A stretch of 64,000 bases of DNA from Schizochytrium sp. TIO01 (Eukaryota; Protista; Bigyra: Labyrinthulomycetes). Below the pieces are notes generated by a model. It did no database searches. It was not told the DNA's origin and saw nothing but the letters and a program-made list of their open reading frames with translations. The stretch lies in NCBI GenBank assembly GCA_004764695.1, contig SMSO01000004.1:1178001-1242000 (forward strand). Direction: 5' to 3'. A program made the translations under genes and the position numbers. Positions 45,460 to 56,977 of this stretch are shown in pieces; position 1 is the stretch's first letter; each line of letters starts with the position of its first letter.

Positions 45460-46236
45460 ATGAATCGGATTATCAACTCAACACCCATATCGGCCAGCAC
45501 CCCGAAGGGGGGCGTAGGATCAGGCAATTATGATGATGTATCTGTATGGCACGGTATGGATAGCGTCGAACATGAAATCACCATGGCCGTGACTGGAGAG
45601 AAAGTTAATGGCTGGGCTATAACAACTCTTTTCCAAGGGACCGAGACAGTGACAAACAGATTGATTGGACGCATGGAAACATACTCCATTGTCTCCGGTC
45701 TTCTCGTTGGCATGGGTGTAGCCTTGATGATTGACCCCACTGACCGTACCCTCTCTGAGTTGTCTGAGCGAACCGACTCGGCTCTTGATTTGACATACTT
45801 CGTTGGGTACACTTTCCTTGGCACAGCTACAATCATTCTTTATTTTTCTGTCATTGTCTTAGCAACACTATTCACATCGATTCTCCGTGCTACTGCTCGT
45901 GACGCTGATGTTTGGAGAGTGATTATTCGAAATGGTAGTATTCCAGGTATTGTAGATGGTTGTTTTGCAGCAGGCAATGTTGGAGTAACGCTTTTAATGG
46001 CTTTGTCTCTTGTTCCGGACTTCGGTCCAATTTCTTCTGCTGTCTTTGCTGGCGTGATCATTACTATCGTAGGATTTGCAATGCTTCTTTTCAACACGTT
46101 CAAGCTCCAATCAGCTGGTCACCCTGTTCATGGATGGAAGAAGTATCATCCAGAGGAATTTGATGTATCTGTGCCGTTAAGAAAGATCCATGCATTGGCT
46201 GAACTTGACCGTAGTAACCGTCTTGGTTCATCTTAA
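45460..46236 (+). CDS. Hypothetical 4-TM membrane protein
   Basis: ATG at 45460; 258-aa ORF with four hydrophobic helices, standing out from AT-rich flanks. Confidence 0.75.
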   Translation: MNRIINSTPISASTPKGGVGSGNYDDVSVWHGMDSVEHEITMAVTGEKVNGWAITTLFQGTETVTNRLIGRMETYSIVSGLLVGMGVALMIDPTDRTLSELSERTDSALDLTYFVGYTFLGTATIILYFSVIVLATLFTSILRATARDADVWRVIIRNGSIPGIVDGCFAAGNVGVTLLMALSLVPDFGPISSAVFAGVIITIVGFAMLLFNTFKLQSAGHPVHGWKKYHPEEFDVSVPLRKIHALAELDRSNRLGSS

Positions 46237-47755
46237 GTGCTACTTTGTTCAGTATTTTTGCTGATGAGACACACGCTTCTATCGGATTTATATGTTCATA
46301 CTTGAAAGGTATCTTGATTTCAGTTTTTCTATCTTGTCTCAAACAATCTGCAATTTCGCCCACCAATTTCGTATCTTGAGTCTTTCAAACAAACAGATCT
46401 GAGTTCTAGAGAACTCAAAACTGTCTGATTTCTTCATGTTTTTTGAAGGATTGTTTTGATAGTCGTTCTCTTGCTAACTTTATGAACGAAGGTTTTTTAC
46501 GTTGCAGAGTAGCTTGTGCTGTGAAGCGTGCAGAGGTAGTCTGACAAGGATGGCGAACTCAGGAGAAAGAGAAAGAGGATGATATATGAGTTATTGGGGT
46601 TTCGGGTTTGGATATAGGCAGGGATGAATGTATAATGTCAGTCCAATGAACAGGAGGTGTCGGACAGGAGAGCTAGGTTAGGTGAGGTGAAGTGAGGTTA
46701 GGCAGTAACTGTATATTACTTCAATAGGTTATAAAATTAATTGCGTGCTCATCTTGCTAAAGAGGTTCGATCCTTTGGACTTTGCTATCTGTTGATCTTC
46801 ATTGACCAGTTCTTAATTTGTGAGTATCTGCAATATCCGTTGAGGGAAAAAATACTTTTGGTCATATATTCCACTGTTGTGCACGTTTTACACAAACATT
46901 TGTCGTGGTTTCCTAGAGAGGACGGATAGTATCACTAGTACGACCTTGCAGCAAACCAGATCAGACGCGAAGAGACCCATAAACTGGCAGTGGTGGATCT
47001 GATGTCTCGTGTGACCTTTTTAGCCTATCATGTACGACGACTCTCCGTTCAATCTCACACTCCTGGCATTAACAAAGCAAGAAGACGCGGAGGCTCTTCG
47101 CAGTAGCTATGCTCCCATGTCGACGATGTCTCTGTGCCAAAACTCATTTCACGCTAATACTGCTCGGCGCGTGCACTCTTTTATCAAGTAGGTAGGTCTT
47201 AGCTAAATAATTAGATCAAAATATAATGTTAATTTGGTGTGCACCAGCAGAGACTGCGGAACCATTCTGAAGGAACTGGCCTACAATCTTCAAGCCCTAG
47301 GATCAACAGCAAAGGAGTCATTACCAGGTCCACTTGAAACAAGTCTAACCTACAGGCGCCTACCCTTGCTTTGCCTTAAACACGGCTCTTAATCCAGAAA
47401 TTGAAAGTATAAATCTTGAGGTCCGCAGAAGTTCTCCTATATTCGTAGTAATCCAGTAATATCAACATTAAGAGCCACTGTCTAGCTACATCTCTAACCT
47501 CGGGTACCACTTCTGTGTTAGTAGCCTGGCCATTATTAACTATAGCATATTACGTTTTCACCATCTGAGTGCGGCGAGTGCTTGCCACCATTTTATTTTG
47601 AGAGCTCCCAAACCCCGAATCCCGGGTCAGGCTCGAGCTCGAGGTCAAGAGTGAGCTCGATATTGGGGCGACACAGTGAGGACAAAATCAAGATCAAGGC
47701 CATTCGCGGCCTTGTGTGCAGCCTTCCTTCTACAACGCTGTAGCGAGGGTTCAAC

Positions 47756-48604
47756 ATGAGTGAGGATGAGTGCTCCAGCGACGGTGCGGACGCCTACGAT
47801 CCTTTGGCAGAGGTGCTGGAGGCAGAGGACTTGGCGCTAGTGCGGAAGCAACGAAAAGGGGGAATTCTTCTGGTACTGTATCCACGCAAGGATACTGGAA
47901 CAGCTGTGAGGTTGACAAGATCTATTTCAGAATGCATGCTAGGCGCCCCTCTGCGTACGGCTACGCTCGAGGACGTGAAGGAGGACCTCATCAATAGCTC
48001 CCGATTTATCCTTGTTCTTGTCAGCTCAAACATAAATGTTTATGATAAGAAGACTCATGAAAAGTTGCGTGCGAAAGAAGGACTCTTAGTACCAGTTTTG
48101 ATTGATTCTTGCATGAGGAACCAAAAGTTGTGGAGAGGCTGGCTGGGAGAATTAATGGCAGACTTCAACTACTTCAGTTATGTGAACCCGATTACGGCGC
48201 ACGTGCCTGCGCTATTTACTGTCGTGCGCGCGCAAATTCAACCACAATTGAGTGGGCGCAAATGTATAAAGTCCTTGAATGTACACAGAAACAAGGACCT
48301 CGCCATTCAGACCCATATTCTGACTCAAATGCAGATGCAAATGCAACAGTACCACACGCAGCAACAAGCAGAAAGGCCTGGACCAAACGAGATTCGGGCA
48401 ATGGAGGAAATGAGAGAAATGAACAGGCAAATGTGTTTGCAGATGCAGAAGGACCAAATGGTACCTCAAAAGGAACGAGACGCGGTCATTTGTGCGCAAT
48501 CGCGAGAGGCTGAAAACTTAGCACAGTGTCACAACCAGAGAATACAAATGTTGAAGCTCGCAGAGAGGACAATGCGCCCTCAGCTGGCTGGCCACGTAAG
48601 CTAA
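47756..48604 (+). CDS. Divergent TIR-like domain protein with a Q/M-rich coiled-coil tail
   Basis: beta/alpha pattern LVLYPRKD..AVRL..., INSSRFILVLVSSN, LLVPVLIDSCMRNQKLWRGWLGELMADFNYFSY. CpG-rich promoter-like block upstream. Confidence 0.55.
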   Translation: MSEDECSSDGADAYDPLAEVLEAEDLALVRKQRKGGILLVLYPRKDTGTAVRLTRSISECMLGAPLRTATLEDVKEDLINSSRFILVLVSSNINVYDKKTHEKLRAKEGLLVPVLIDSCMRNQKLWRGWLGELMADFNYFSYVNPITAHVPALFTVVRAQIQPQLSGRKCIKSLNVHRNKDLAIQTHILTQMQMQMQQYHTQQQAERPGPNEIRAMEEMREMNRQMCLQMQKDQMVPQKERDAVICAQSREAENLAQCHNQRIQMLKLAERTMRPQLAGHVS

Positions 48605-49573
48605 CGATCTTTCAAATGAACTGCAAGCCACTATTGCCTGCAGAACCTTTTCCGTGTATTCAATCGCTATTAATTGTCACGACAATAATAAATCCATAGA
48701 ACCCCCCTACAAATCGGGCAGCATTGGCTTACTCGAAATTCTCACCTCATACCATATCTTTTTCACCTTTCCTATATCATCTATTCTAACTTGCAACCAT
48801 GACCCGGAATTTTTAATGTTCTCATAACACTGAATCTCAAACTGATATCAACTTTTCTCAAACGTTTGTCTCCTTTTCTACTCTTCCCCAATGACTGAGT
48901 TTGTGGTGGTCTAAATGTTCAATGTTGGTGACAGAATCCTTACAGTATGCAAAGGGGGTAATTAGTTTTAGCTCAACAGCCCAATATTATGTCCTGTATT
49001 TGTTTTGGTCGATTATCTAAGGGTTGTTGTAGTTTTTAATAATCCTGTTTTTTAATTTTAAAAGTTGATGTAGGCATTTTTTTATCAATACTGTAAAATT
49101 ATGAATATTTTTGCAGACCTGCTCAAGATATCTGAAATTATCAGGAATAGTCTTAGCAAAGCAAGCTGACCGATGCTTTGGGGCACTTACTTGATTGAAA
49201 AAAATATCTGCAGGAGGGCACCCTTGCTGGGAATAGATATATAGTGTTAATGGTAAGAGTGTATCCTGAGATGGTCACGTTCTCAAATCGCACACCAGAG
49301 TGACTGTGCTTATCACACAAGACCTGTAACTCTAAATATATTGTATATATTTGTAAGCACGTTTGTTTGGTAATAAGCGCGCATCTGTCGCGGAGACTTT
49401 AAGCACGTGCACTATGAAGCGAGAACCCTGCTGGAATGAGCGGGAGATTGAAAATGAAAGCGAACCTTGCGAGCTGGCATTGCTATGAATATTGACGCTG
49501 GAGTTTGTTTGATGCGGGATTGATCAGTAAAGCTACTCTCAACCTGAAATTTTGGTAGTGGGGAGGTGCTAGA

Positions 49574-52500
49574 ATGCTGTCCGTGGCGTTAGCTAATGAG
49601 GAGCGCAAACGAGACCAAGAGGAAAAGAGAACAGCTAGAATCAAAGCGCAGGATGAAAGGCGGACACCTGACAAGACCATCTATAGACGGCCTGGGGTTC
49701 GAGTAGTAAAAAGCAAATCACCGTGGACATTTCCTGCAAGTAGGCACTTCCCTAGACGCGAAATTTGGAATTGGTCAGAAAGCCAAGAAAATGATGATCT
49801 GGCTAAATTCGAGGAAGAGTTTTGTAGGGCCGGCCAAGCTCAAGCGCAAGCCTCTGACAAAGATGCTACACCCCAAACCACCGAAGAAAGCGGGACGAAT
49901 TATAAAACACTTCGAAAAGCACCAAGTCTTCGAAACTCGGTTCATGAACAACTTATTTCTGTGGTGGAGGTGCGTCGGAACCAACGTGATGGAGCGAGTA
50001 AGAATCGCTCAAAGAAAACAAAGGGTGATGCTAGCCTTATGTCGGGATCACAGTCTGGAAAATCAAGTAACAATGCCAACAGCGAGGGAGGTAGACGCCA
50101 ACATCGCCCTTTCAGCATAGTAAAAAATTATCGGAAAAAAAACGTAGAGGAACGTAAAGCAGCCATGCTTAATGCTGAAGCACGTAAGACTGGAAACACA
50201 AAGAGACTTTCAAAAGGCGTAAAAGCTAATCAAGAAACTCAAGACTCAAACGAAATCGGCGAAGGAGAAGAAGATGATAATGAAGAAGACGGGGATGAGG
50301 AGGAAGACAGCGATGATGATCGTATGCCGACACCAACCTTGGAATCTCTTGGACTTGGAGATAGAGCCACTGGCAATATAGAAGTGGACCGCAGTCTTCT
50401 TGAGACAGCACCAGAAATGCTGATTGAAAAGCACGCATCATGCATAGCTGCTTCAAGCTCACAACAAGTTTTTGTAGATTCTTGTCGCAAGTCATGTGTT
50501 TTGCCTGAACCAATGCTCAACATCAGGGAAGACCATGATGAGACTATGGAGGCAAGTAAGATGTTTCAAAATTATAATGTACGAGTAAAGAAAGACCTCT
50601 TACAACTCGAAACTAGAGATGTAATTCTTTGGGATTGGAGGATTGTTGCCAAAGGACGTACGGTAGATGAACTGAAGCTTGAGCACTATGGAATCGGGGA
50701 TCTTTATACTAATGCACTTGCAGATGCGCTTGCTGCGGATGCTAAGCAGGCAAAACAAGGACGCCGCTCTTTTCGTCGAATAAATCTGAGCTCATGTCGA
50801 GTGTCAGCGAAAGGCGTTAAGAACCTTGCTCGAAGTTTGCGCGATCATCCTAGAGCTTTGCGCCTAGATCTGTCTCGAAATGCCCTTGGCCCATGGGCTG
50901 GCGAGCCGCTTTGTACTATCCTTCAACCTCAATCTCCGGCGTCGGCAACACTTTCAGTGCTTGATCTTAGCGATAATGGACTAGGTGATAACGCTGTTAT
51001 TGGATTGTGTCAAGCATTGCGCACTTCTGTGGTAGAATGGCTAAACCTTTCGAAAAATGATATATCCGCTCGCGGAGCAATTAGTCTTGCTACGTTTCTA
51101 AGAGAACAGCAACCACCTGAAGACAACTCCAACCTCATGAATAATAGTTCATTTGGTTCCACAGGACCTACACTCTTGGAAAAGGCTGGTAGTCAGTCCT
51201 TCTTCAATTACGTCAATGCTGGGAATTCATGGGACAATGCTTCGGAGAATGGGTCTGTAACCGAACACAATTCTCAAGATGTGACAGATCCTGTGCATTA
51301 TTCTCCTCTGTCAACTCTCCTTTTAGATTGGAATCGAATTCAAGGTGCAGAGGCTACCATCCTGTTACAAGCGGTGACTGAAAATAAAGTTTTGCTTGAG
51401 TTGTCACTGGCTTGGAATGGACTAGCCACATCGTCATCTACTCTCGATGCGCTTGTAGAAATGGTTAAGATGAACACTAGTCTAGTGAAACTAAGCGTAG
51501 GGCATAATCGAATAAGCGCTTCTTGTTGCTCGGCGCTTCTCGAACAACTCCCTTTCAGTGATTCCCTCCTGTCTGTTGATTTGAGCGGTAACGATGATCA
51601 CGAAGATATCTTTTCATCAGAATATGCACTCTCTAATTGTAGTCATAAGGTGTCTGAAAGTTGGTCTACACAATCAATCAATATTGAAGGAAAAAGTCTC
51701 ATCTATAGTCGTTATAGCACAGATCCTTGTCCAAAGCAACAAGCTCTGGTCAACCCCGAGGAATCTCTGGCAAATTCTGACGGTTTTGATGAAGAAAGTG
51801 CAAATGATCCCCAAGTAACTGGGAATACACAAGCATCTATTGCCCATATTTCTGACCACAATCTATGGAAACGTCGAGGGGTATGTTGGCTTTCGCGGCG
51901 GTGGGTCCCACACACAATTTGGTATTATCCTAATATTAGTGGACCACCATCTAGTGAAATTTTTATCGAGTTTCAGCTTCCAGGAGGATCAGCAATGTGT
52001 GTAAAGATGCACCCAGCTCCTGAACTGCAGTCGTGCGCCACTGAAGCAGAGGTGTCCCGACCAAGTCGTACATCAATGACCTCAAGCGTAGGGCAAACTG
52101 GGCCGCGACGAAACAAGAGTATTGCCATGTCTCGACACTCACTTAAGAAAAATAAACAGCGTGAATCTACGCTCATGTTCAAAGTTCAGAAAACCATGTC
52201 TGGAGCAAATAATGGAGCTGTCATGTTGAATAAGATGCAAATGTTGACACGGGGTTCGATCAATGCCGGTACTTTGCCCATACAAGAAAACGATGGGGCA
52301 TCAGCGATTATCCCTTCTCCTCCATCCAATGGCCAGAGCGATTCTAGTTCACCTAAAACAGCATTCTTAATGAATCGTTCGCGACGTTCACACCTCTTTG
52401 GCGCTTCACAAATGCAGCATTTGCAGTCTACAGGCCTTGCAAAATATGATTATCGAACATTGAAGGCGCATGCAATTGCAAGACCTTCTAATCTGAGCAG

Positions 52501-54109
52501 TGCTTTACTGCAAAGTATTCAAAACGGAGCGCAGGAAGATCTTGAGGTCGGGTCCAAAGAAATGCTCGAAGGCGTCTGTGACTTATCCCTTTCTAACTCT
52601 GAACCGATCTGTCCTGCGTATGCCACAATCATGCTTCCACCTGGACGAACATACTTTAAGTTCATTGTGCGTAGCCAAGAGATATTTGCACGGGACATTG
52701 ATACCTGTTGGACGATGTGGCCTTTGAGCTCTTATAAAAGCATGGGGTCTAGTCATGATCCGACAGATGCACTGGATGCCCAGCATGTCCCAACAATTTC
52801 AAATTTTGTTGACAACCCATGGCCGTTTTTCCCTGTTGGTGGACTTAGCAACCCCGATCCAGGTGCTGAGCGACCCCAACCTAAACAATCATGGTCAATT
52901 AAGCGTTCGATTTTCCGCCATCATGTGTGCGATAATGTTCGCAAGCTCGCAAGTGCATTCAACAGCGATTGGGAACAAGTGCTTGAGAATCATTATGTAA
53001 TTAAAGCCGCAGGAGATGAACTGCCTTACATTCGGGAACTTTTGTGGGCCCATTTCAGTGATATTTGTACCCTGTTCACTGTACAAGCTTGTGATGGCGT
53101 GAATAGTTTTGCGTTCGCATTCGATGAGGTAAAAGCCTGGTTAAGATCTAATGAAGGAAAACTCATTCCTGATAAGGTTCAAGACGAGATTCTATATGAC
53201 CTCTATGACAAAAGTGCTTTGCTTGAGGCGCGTCGTGCAACAAACCAATTCGGACGCCATTATACCTTTATGGTTAAACGAAGTGCTGAGACAGTTACTT
53301 CGGACCCAGGAATGATTCGGTACCAGCTACTTCAGTTCATTATCCTCCTCGCGACTCGAGTGTACTCGGATGTTCGCTTAACAACGGTTGTTGCAACCCA
53401 GCAAGACCAAGAAATCGCCCGTGCGCAACTTCGCCGGGTGGCCCCACGTCGGCGGAGCTCTCTAGAAACGACTCCTGAATCGCTGGAACGCAAGCGCACC
53501 TCTTTCTACACGCCCGCAGATGCATCTACGCTTTTTGGTGCTGATGGTATTCACCGTGAGTTTGGTACACCTTTTTTTAAAAGCGCTTATGCTGCAGTCC
53601 ACCATTTCCTGAAACTGTGCTTTCTTGAGTCAGGGCAAGTCTATATTCATCGAGATGTTTTCCGACGTGGGCATTTTTTCTTTCAAGATGTAGTCAATGT
53701 ATTTATGCGACATATCGATGATTTGCGGCGGATCTTTGACTCCAATTCTGTCAAAGGCCATGTGTTGCATGACTTCATTCCTGGGAATGCTTGGGAAGAT
53801 ATTTTTCTCAAGATTCACCCTGGTTACTCCAAAGTCCCTCTTCGGCGTATCTTTGCCCTAAGCAAAAGCACCTTTGTTGACTTTGAGGATCCTGACTTTG
53901 CCCCAGGCCTGTGCTTTTTAGAATTTCTGGAATGCCTTGCGCGGCTTGCACATCTTGATAATCTTGCTACAACAGTTCTGCAAGCCTTTGATAAATCGAA
54001 ACAATTGAAAGGCCTCTACTTAAAAGAATCAAAGACAGCTCCAGAAGATGCCCTAACAATCCGACTTGAAATGGTCATTCGTCAATTATCTGAAGCATAT
54101 AGAGTTTAA
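49574..54109 (+). CDS. Large RNI-like (NLRC3/LRRC74-type) LRR protein with a split CBM48-like beta domain and an EF-hand-like C-terminus
   Basis: 1511-aa single exon. 28-aa-type LRRs (LDLSRNALG, LDLSDNGLGD, LNLSKNDIS, LLLDWNRIQ, LSLAWNGL); C-terminal LCFLEFLECLARLA. Confidence 0.85.
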   Translation: MLSVALANEERKRDQEEKRTARIKAQDERRTPDKTIYRRPGVRVVKSKSPWTFPASRHFPRREIWNWSESQENDDLAKFEEEFCRAGQAQAQASDKDATPQTTEESGTNYKTLRKAPSLRNSVHEQLISVVEVRRNQRDGASKNRSKKTKGDASLMSGSQSGKSSNNANSEGGRRQHRPFSIVKNYRKKNVEERKAAMLNAEARKTGNTKRLSKGVKANQETQDSNEIGEGEEDDNEEDGDEEEDSDDDRMPTPTLESLGLGDRATGNIEVDRSLLETAPEMLIEKHASCIAASSSQQVFVDSCRKSCVLPEPMLNIREDHDETMEASKMFQNYNVRVKKDLLQLETRDVILWDWRIVAKGRTVDELKLEHYGIGDLYTNALADALAADAKQAKQGRRSFRRINLSSCRVSAKGVKNLARSLRDHPRALRLDLSRNALGPWAGEPLCTILQPQSPASATLSVLDLSDNGLGDNAVIGLCQALRTSVVEWLNLSKNDISARGAISLATFLREQQPPEDNSNLMNNSSFGSTGPTLLEKAGSQSFFNYVNAGNSWDNASENGSVTEHNSQDVTDPVHYSPLSTLLLDWNRIQGAEATILLQAVTENKVLLELSLAWNGLATSSSTLDALVEMVKMNTSLVKLSVGHNRISASCCSALLEQLPFSDSLLSVDLSGNDDHEDIFSSEYALSNCSHKVSESWSTQSINIEGKSLIYSRYSTDPCPKQQALVNPEESLANSDGFDEESANDPQVTGNTQASIAHISDHNLWKRRGVCWLSRRWVPHTIWYYPNISGPPSSEIFIEFQLPGGSAMCVKMHPAPELQSCATEAEVSRPSRTSMTSSVGQTGPRRNKSIAMSRHSLKKNKQRESTLMFKVQKTMSGANNGAVMLNKMQMLTRGSINAGTLPIQENDGASAIIPSPPSNGQSDSSSPKTAFLMNRSRRSHLFGASQMQHLQSTGLAKYDYRTLKAHAIARPSNLSSALLQSIQNGAQEDLEVGSKEMLEGVCDLSLSNSEPICPAYATIMLPPGRTYFKFIVRSQEIFARDIDTCWTMWPLSSYKSMGSSHDPTDALDAQHVPTISNFVDNPWPFFPVGGLSNPDPGAERPQPKQSWSIKRSIFRHHVCDNVRKLASAFNSDWEQVLENHYVIKAAGDELPYIRELLWAHFSDICTLFTVQACDGVNSFAFAFDEVKAWLRSNEGKLIPDKVQDEILYDLYDKSALLEARRATNQFGRHYTFMVKRSAETVTSDPGMIRYQLLQFIILLATRVYSDVRLTTVVATQQDQEIARAQLRRVAPRRRSSLETTPESLERKRTSFYTPADASTLFGADGIHREFGTPFFKSAYAAVHHFLKLCFLESGQVYIHRDVFRRGHFFFQDVVNVFMRHIDDLRRIFDSNSVKGHVLHDFIPGNAWEDIFLKIHPGYSKVPLRRIFALSKSTFVDFEDPDFAPGLCFLEFLECLARLAHLDNLATTVLQAFDKSKQLKGLYLKESKTAPEDALTIRLEMVIRQLSEAYRV

Positions 54110-54212
54110 CTAGCATATTATACTTTTTATTATTCATAAGGCTACCGAAAATAAATAGAATTTTCTTATGGTCACACAGGCACACGAGTATTGGAGCTTT
54201 GTTTCATTAACG

Positions 54213-55289
54213 TCATGACCTTTGTTGAAGCTTAAGGTGGTTGATTTCTTCATTTTTATGTTTGAGCTCTTGTAGTGCTTTATTTAGATCTGCGGTTACT
54301 TGTGAAAGACGAATTTGGAAAATTTGGAGCTGATGATGTGCTGTTGCTTCTGACTCTTCTTTTGCTTTCACTACAACTTGAAGCTCTTTAGCAATCTCTT
54401 CATGATCTTGTCGCATTCGATTATAGTTATCTCTAGAGCTTTCTGTAGAATGTACAAGACGCGCTAGAGTTTCTCTAGCTTCCTGGAGAGAGCGATCTCG
54501 CTCGCTAATTTGCGCACTTAAGCGCTGGAGGACAACTTCAGTATCTCGTCGTCTGGTCACTTCACTAGCAAGTTCTTTTCGTAAACGAGCGCGCTCTCCT
54601 AGCAGCTCCTCGATTTGGGCTTTGCAGTTGCCAACTATATTAAAAAAGGGTTGTTCACATAGCTTCGTTCGGCCTGGTGCTGGTTTGTCAAAGTCAGCAT
54701 ATAAGTGCAGTGCGAAATCTTCACGAAGCTCTGTAAGTAGGTGCCGGAAAGGGCCACACGCAGGCGCAAGTTCTCCAAGAACACGACAACACGTTGCGAT
54801 AAATTGAGCATTTGGCTTTCTAGAATTTGTGTCATCAACCTGCAAATCCAAAGCATTTTTAGCCTCTCTATAAGTCATCTCACAAGCGAGGGCAGTTGAT
54901 CGAAATTCAGAATTTTCAAGATTTACCACTGATGTTGCTGTCCTTCCTGGTATTGCATAAGTACCATGACCTACGTGTGGAAACCTTGGGTTGGACCCTA
55001 CGGTAATAAGTGGGGTTCGAGTGTCCTGGCGTGCGTCACACCAAGGTTCATCAGGTAGAAAACGCTGGCCTAGAACTGGGCCGTAATGCAGCTCGCGTCG
55101 ATTTCGTTTGTGACCGGGCTGACTCGCTCGTATGGGCTGCGTTGGCCTTCTTAATGCATACCATTTCTGAAGCTTGTAGTCAAATGAACCCGGGTGAGGG
55201 TGAGTCTCCCGAGAACTAAATATGCTTGTATCAGGCTGACCAGTGGTAGGGGGGCCTTGTTGCATTGATCCTGCCGTTTTCCTTCCCAT
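54213..55289 (-). CDS. Coiled-coil protein of unknown function (possibly TSNAXIP1-N-like, flagellar type)
   Basis: ATG at 55289 (MGRKT). Helical domain followed by a long heptad-rich C-terminus; the family guess is weak. Confidence 0.7.
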   Translation of the reverse strand: MGRKTAGSMQQGPPTTGQPDTSIFSSRETHPHPGSFDYKLQKWYALRRPTQPIRASQPGHKRNRRELHYGPVLGQRFLPDEPWCDARQDTRTPLITVGSNPRFPHVGHGTYAIPGRTATSVVNLENSEFRSTALACEMTYREAKNALDLQVDDTNSRKPNAQFIATCCRVLGELAPACGPFRHLLTELREDFALHLYADFDKPAPGRTKLCEQPFFNIVGNCKAQIEELLGERARLRKELASEVTRRRDTEVVLQRLSAQISERDRSLQEARETLARLVHSTESSRDNYNRMRQDHEEIAKELQVVVKAKEESEATAHHQLQIFQIRLSQVTADLNKALQELKHKNEEINHLKLQQRS

Positions 55290-56977
55290 GATTGCGTCAC
55301 AGCTTGGCAAACTAAAATGCCTCAGATTTCGTGTTGCACACTACTTTACAAGCGTCAATTTTACAACCACGCTCCATCCTGATCTTGAAAGTTGTCAAGA
55401 CTACCCTTAACCTTTTAAAGTATAGATTCGTACTTAAAGATTAAGGTAAAGCATGGTACTATGATTCACTCTTAGTAGTTCTTCTAGTGAGCAACGGATA
55501 TCCTAAAGGTGTGTACTTCATTTTTAATGTTTTATAAGTGGATACAATAAGATTAAGCATTCCTCTTATTTTCTCGATAGAAGGCCCAAGGACAAACACA
55601 AGCCGGGCTATGGGCTGAAAGTATGTCTTGTGCTGCTTAACATTGATACTGTCGAATCTTTAGTTCAAGATATTCAGAGTTATGCTTATGTGTGCAACTA
55701 TCGTCTAATTTCAAATATCCATGTCTTTAGAGAATATTGTTGAGATAAATATAGTTGGCTCTTAGCAAACAGCTTTCCGAACTCCCACCGCCTACGTTGT
55801 GACCAGTCTCCTCATGAAGATGACTTGTTATACCATTGTTATACTTGCAGATGGCTCAGAGCCATCATGAGCCTCATCCAAAAAATGCCCCATCAAGCCT
55901 AAGCATTTAGAACACACCTTAGTAAATTCTTGATGATAAAATGTTTGCTTGATTTGTATCTGAGTCTACATATTGAGAGAATATATGCACGGTATTTACA
56001 CAAGTCCGAAAATCTTAGCATAAAATGATATCGCACGAAAGACTCTCCCCGAACTTTTCAAAATTAAGTTATGGAGATAGCAACCGAGTGAAATGCCCCA
56101 CCTTGCTGTGTTCAAGTTCAGAGGAATCCTCACACATGCCATTGAAAATGTTTATGTTATATGCCTCTCTAATGCCAGATAATCCATAAAAATATGACTT
56201 TCAATCTGTATAATACTGCCAACATTTCGATAAACGCAAGGTTTCAAAACAAATTAATGTACTTCTACTCCACGAAGCTGTTCAGGCTAGAATGGGAATG
56301 TGGTTTCAGTTTTTAAAATTAAAATAACTTTTCTTTGTGCAAATGATTGCGCCTTATCCAAGCCTATACACAGAGTTTGATAAGCTGGCATTATTTGCCC
56401 TTACAAACCCCTTTAGATCAAAAGTGCTTCTTGCTGCATGTCCAACTCAAAATTGCAAAATATTTCCAACTCAGAGTCACTAAAAGCCTTTCTGATAGGC
56501 AGTGTTGAGTCCATATGTGCGGGAGATGGAGATCTTGTTTTAGCATTTTCTTTTGGAAATTCCAGGAAGAAACTTACAAAATCTCTAGCTTGACTGGTGC
56601 ACTCTATTTAGCATGAATTGGTCGATCGTGGTGAAGATGAACTTCCAAATGTGCTTGATTGTGCTGAAATCCAAATTGATGGAACTCCTCGACAAGACAT
56701 CGTTTGAGTTCTTGGTTTTCCATTCTAAGACCTCAAAAATTCAGACTTCCAATGCAACAGCACGAGACAATCAGGTTTGCGTGGTTGTGGAGTCAAGACT
56801 GTGAAGTCAAGAGCAAAACATTTACAGACGCAATTGCTAAAATCAAATAAGGTGAAATCAGAACTGAGCCTTGAAAAGATGAGTTAACTTAATTACGTCG
56901 ATTGTGTCAAGCACAGATCAAATATAGTATCCTAACTAGGAAACACATTGGCCTGCTTCCAAAAATAGCAGATCGCT

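Noticed and set aside
46760-46780. ggttcgatcc T-loop-like motif
   Set aside because: No cloverleaf can be formed from the upstream sequence.
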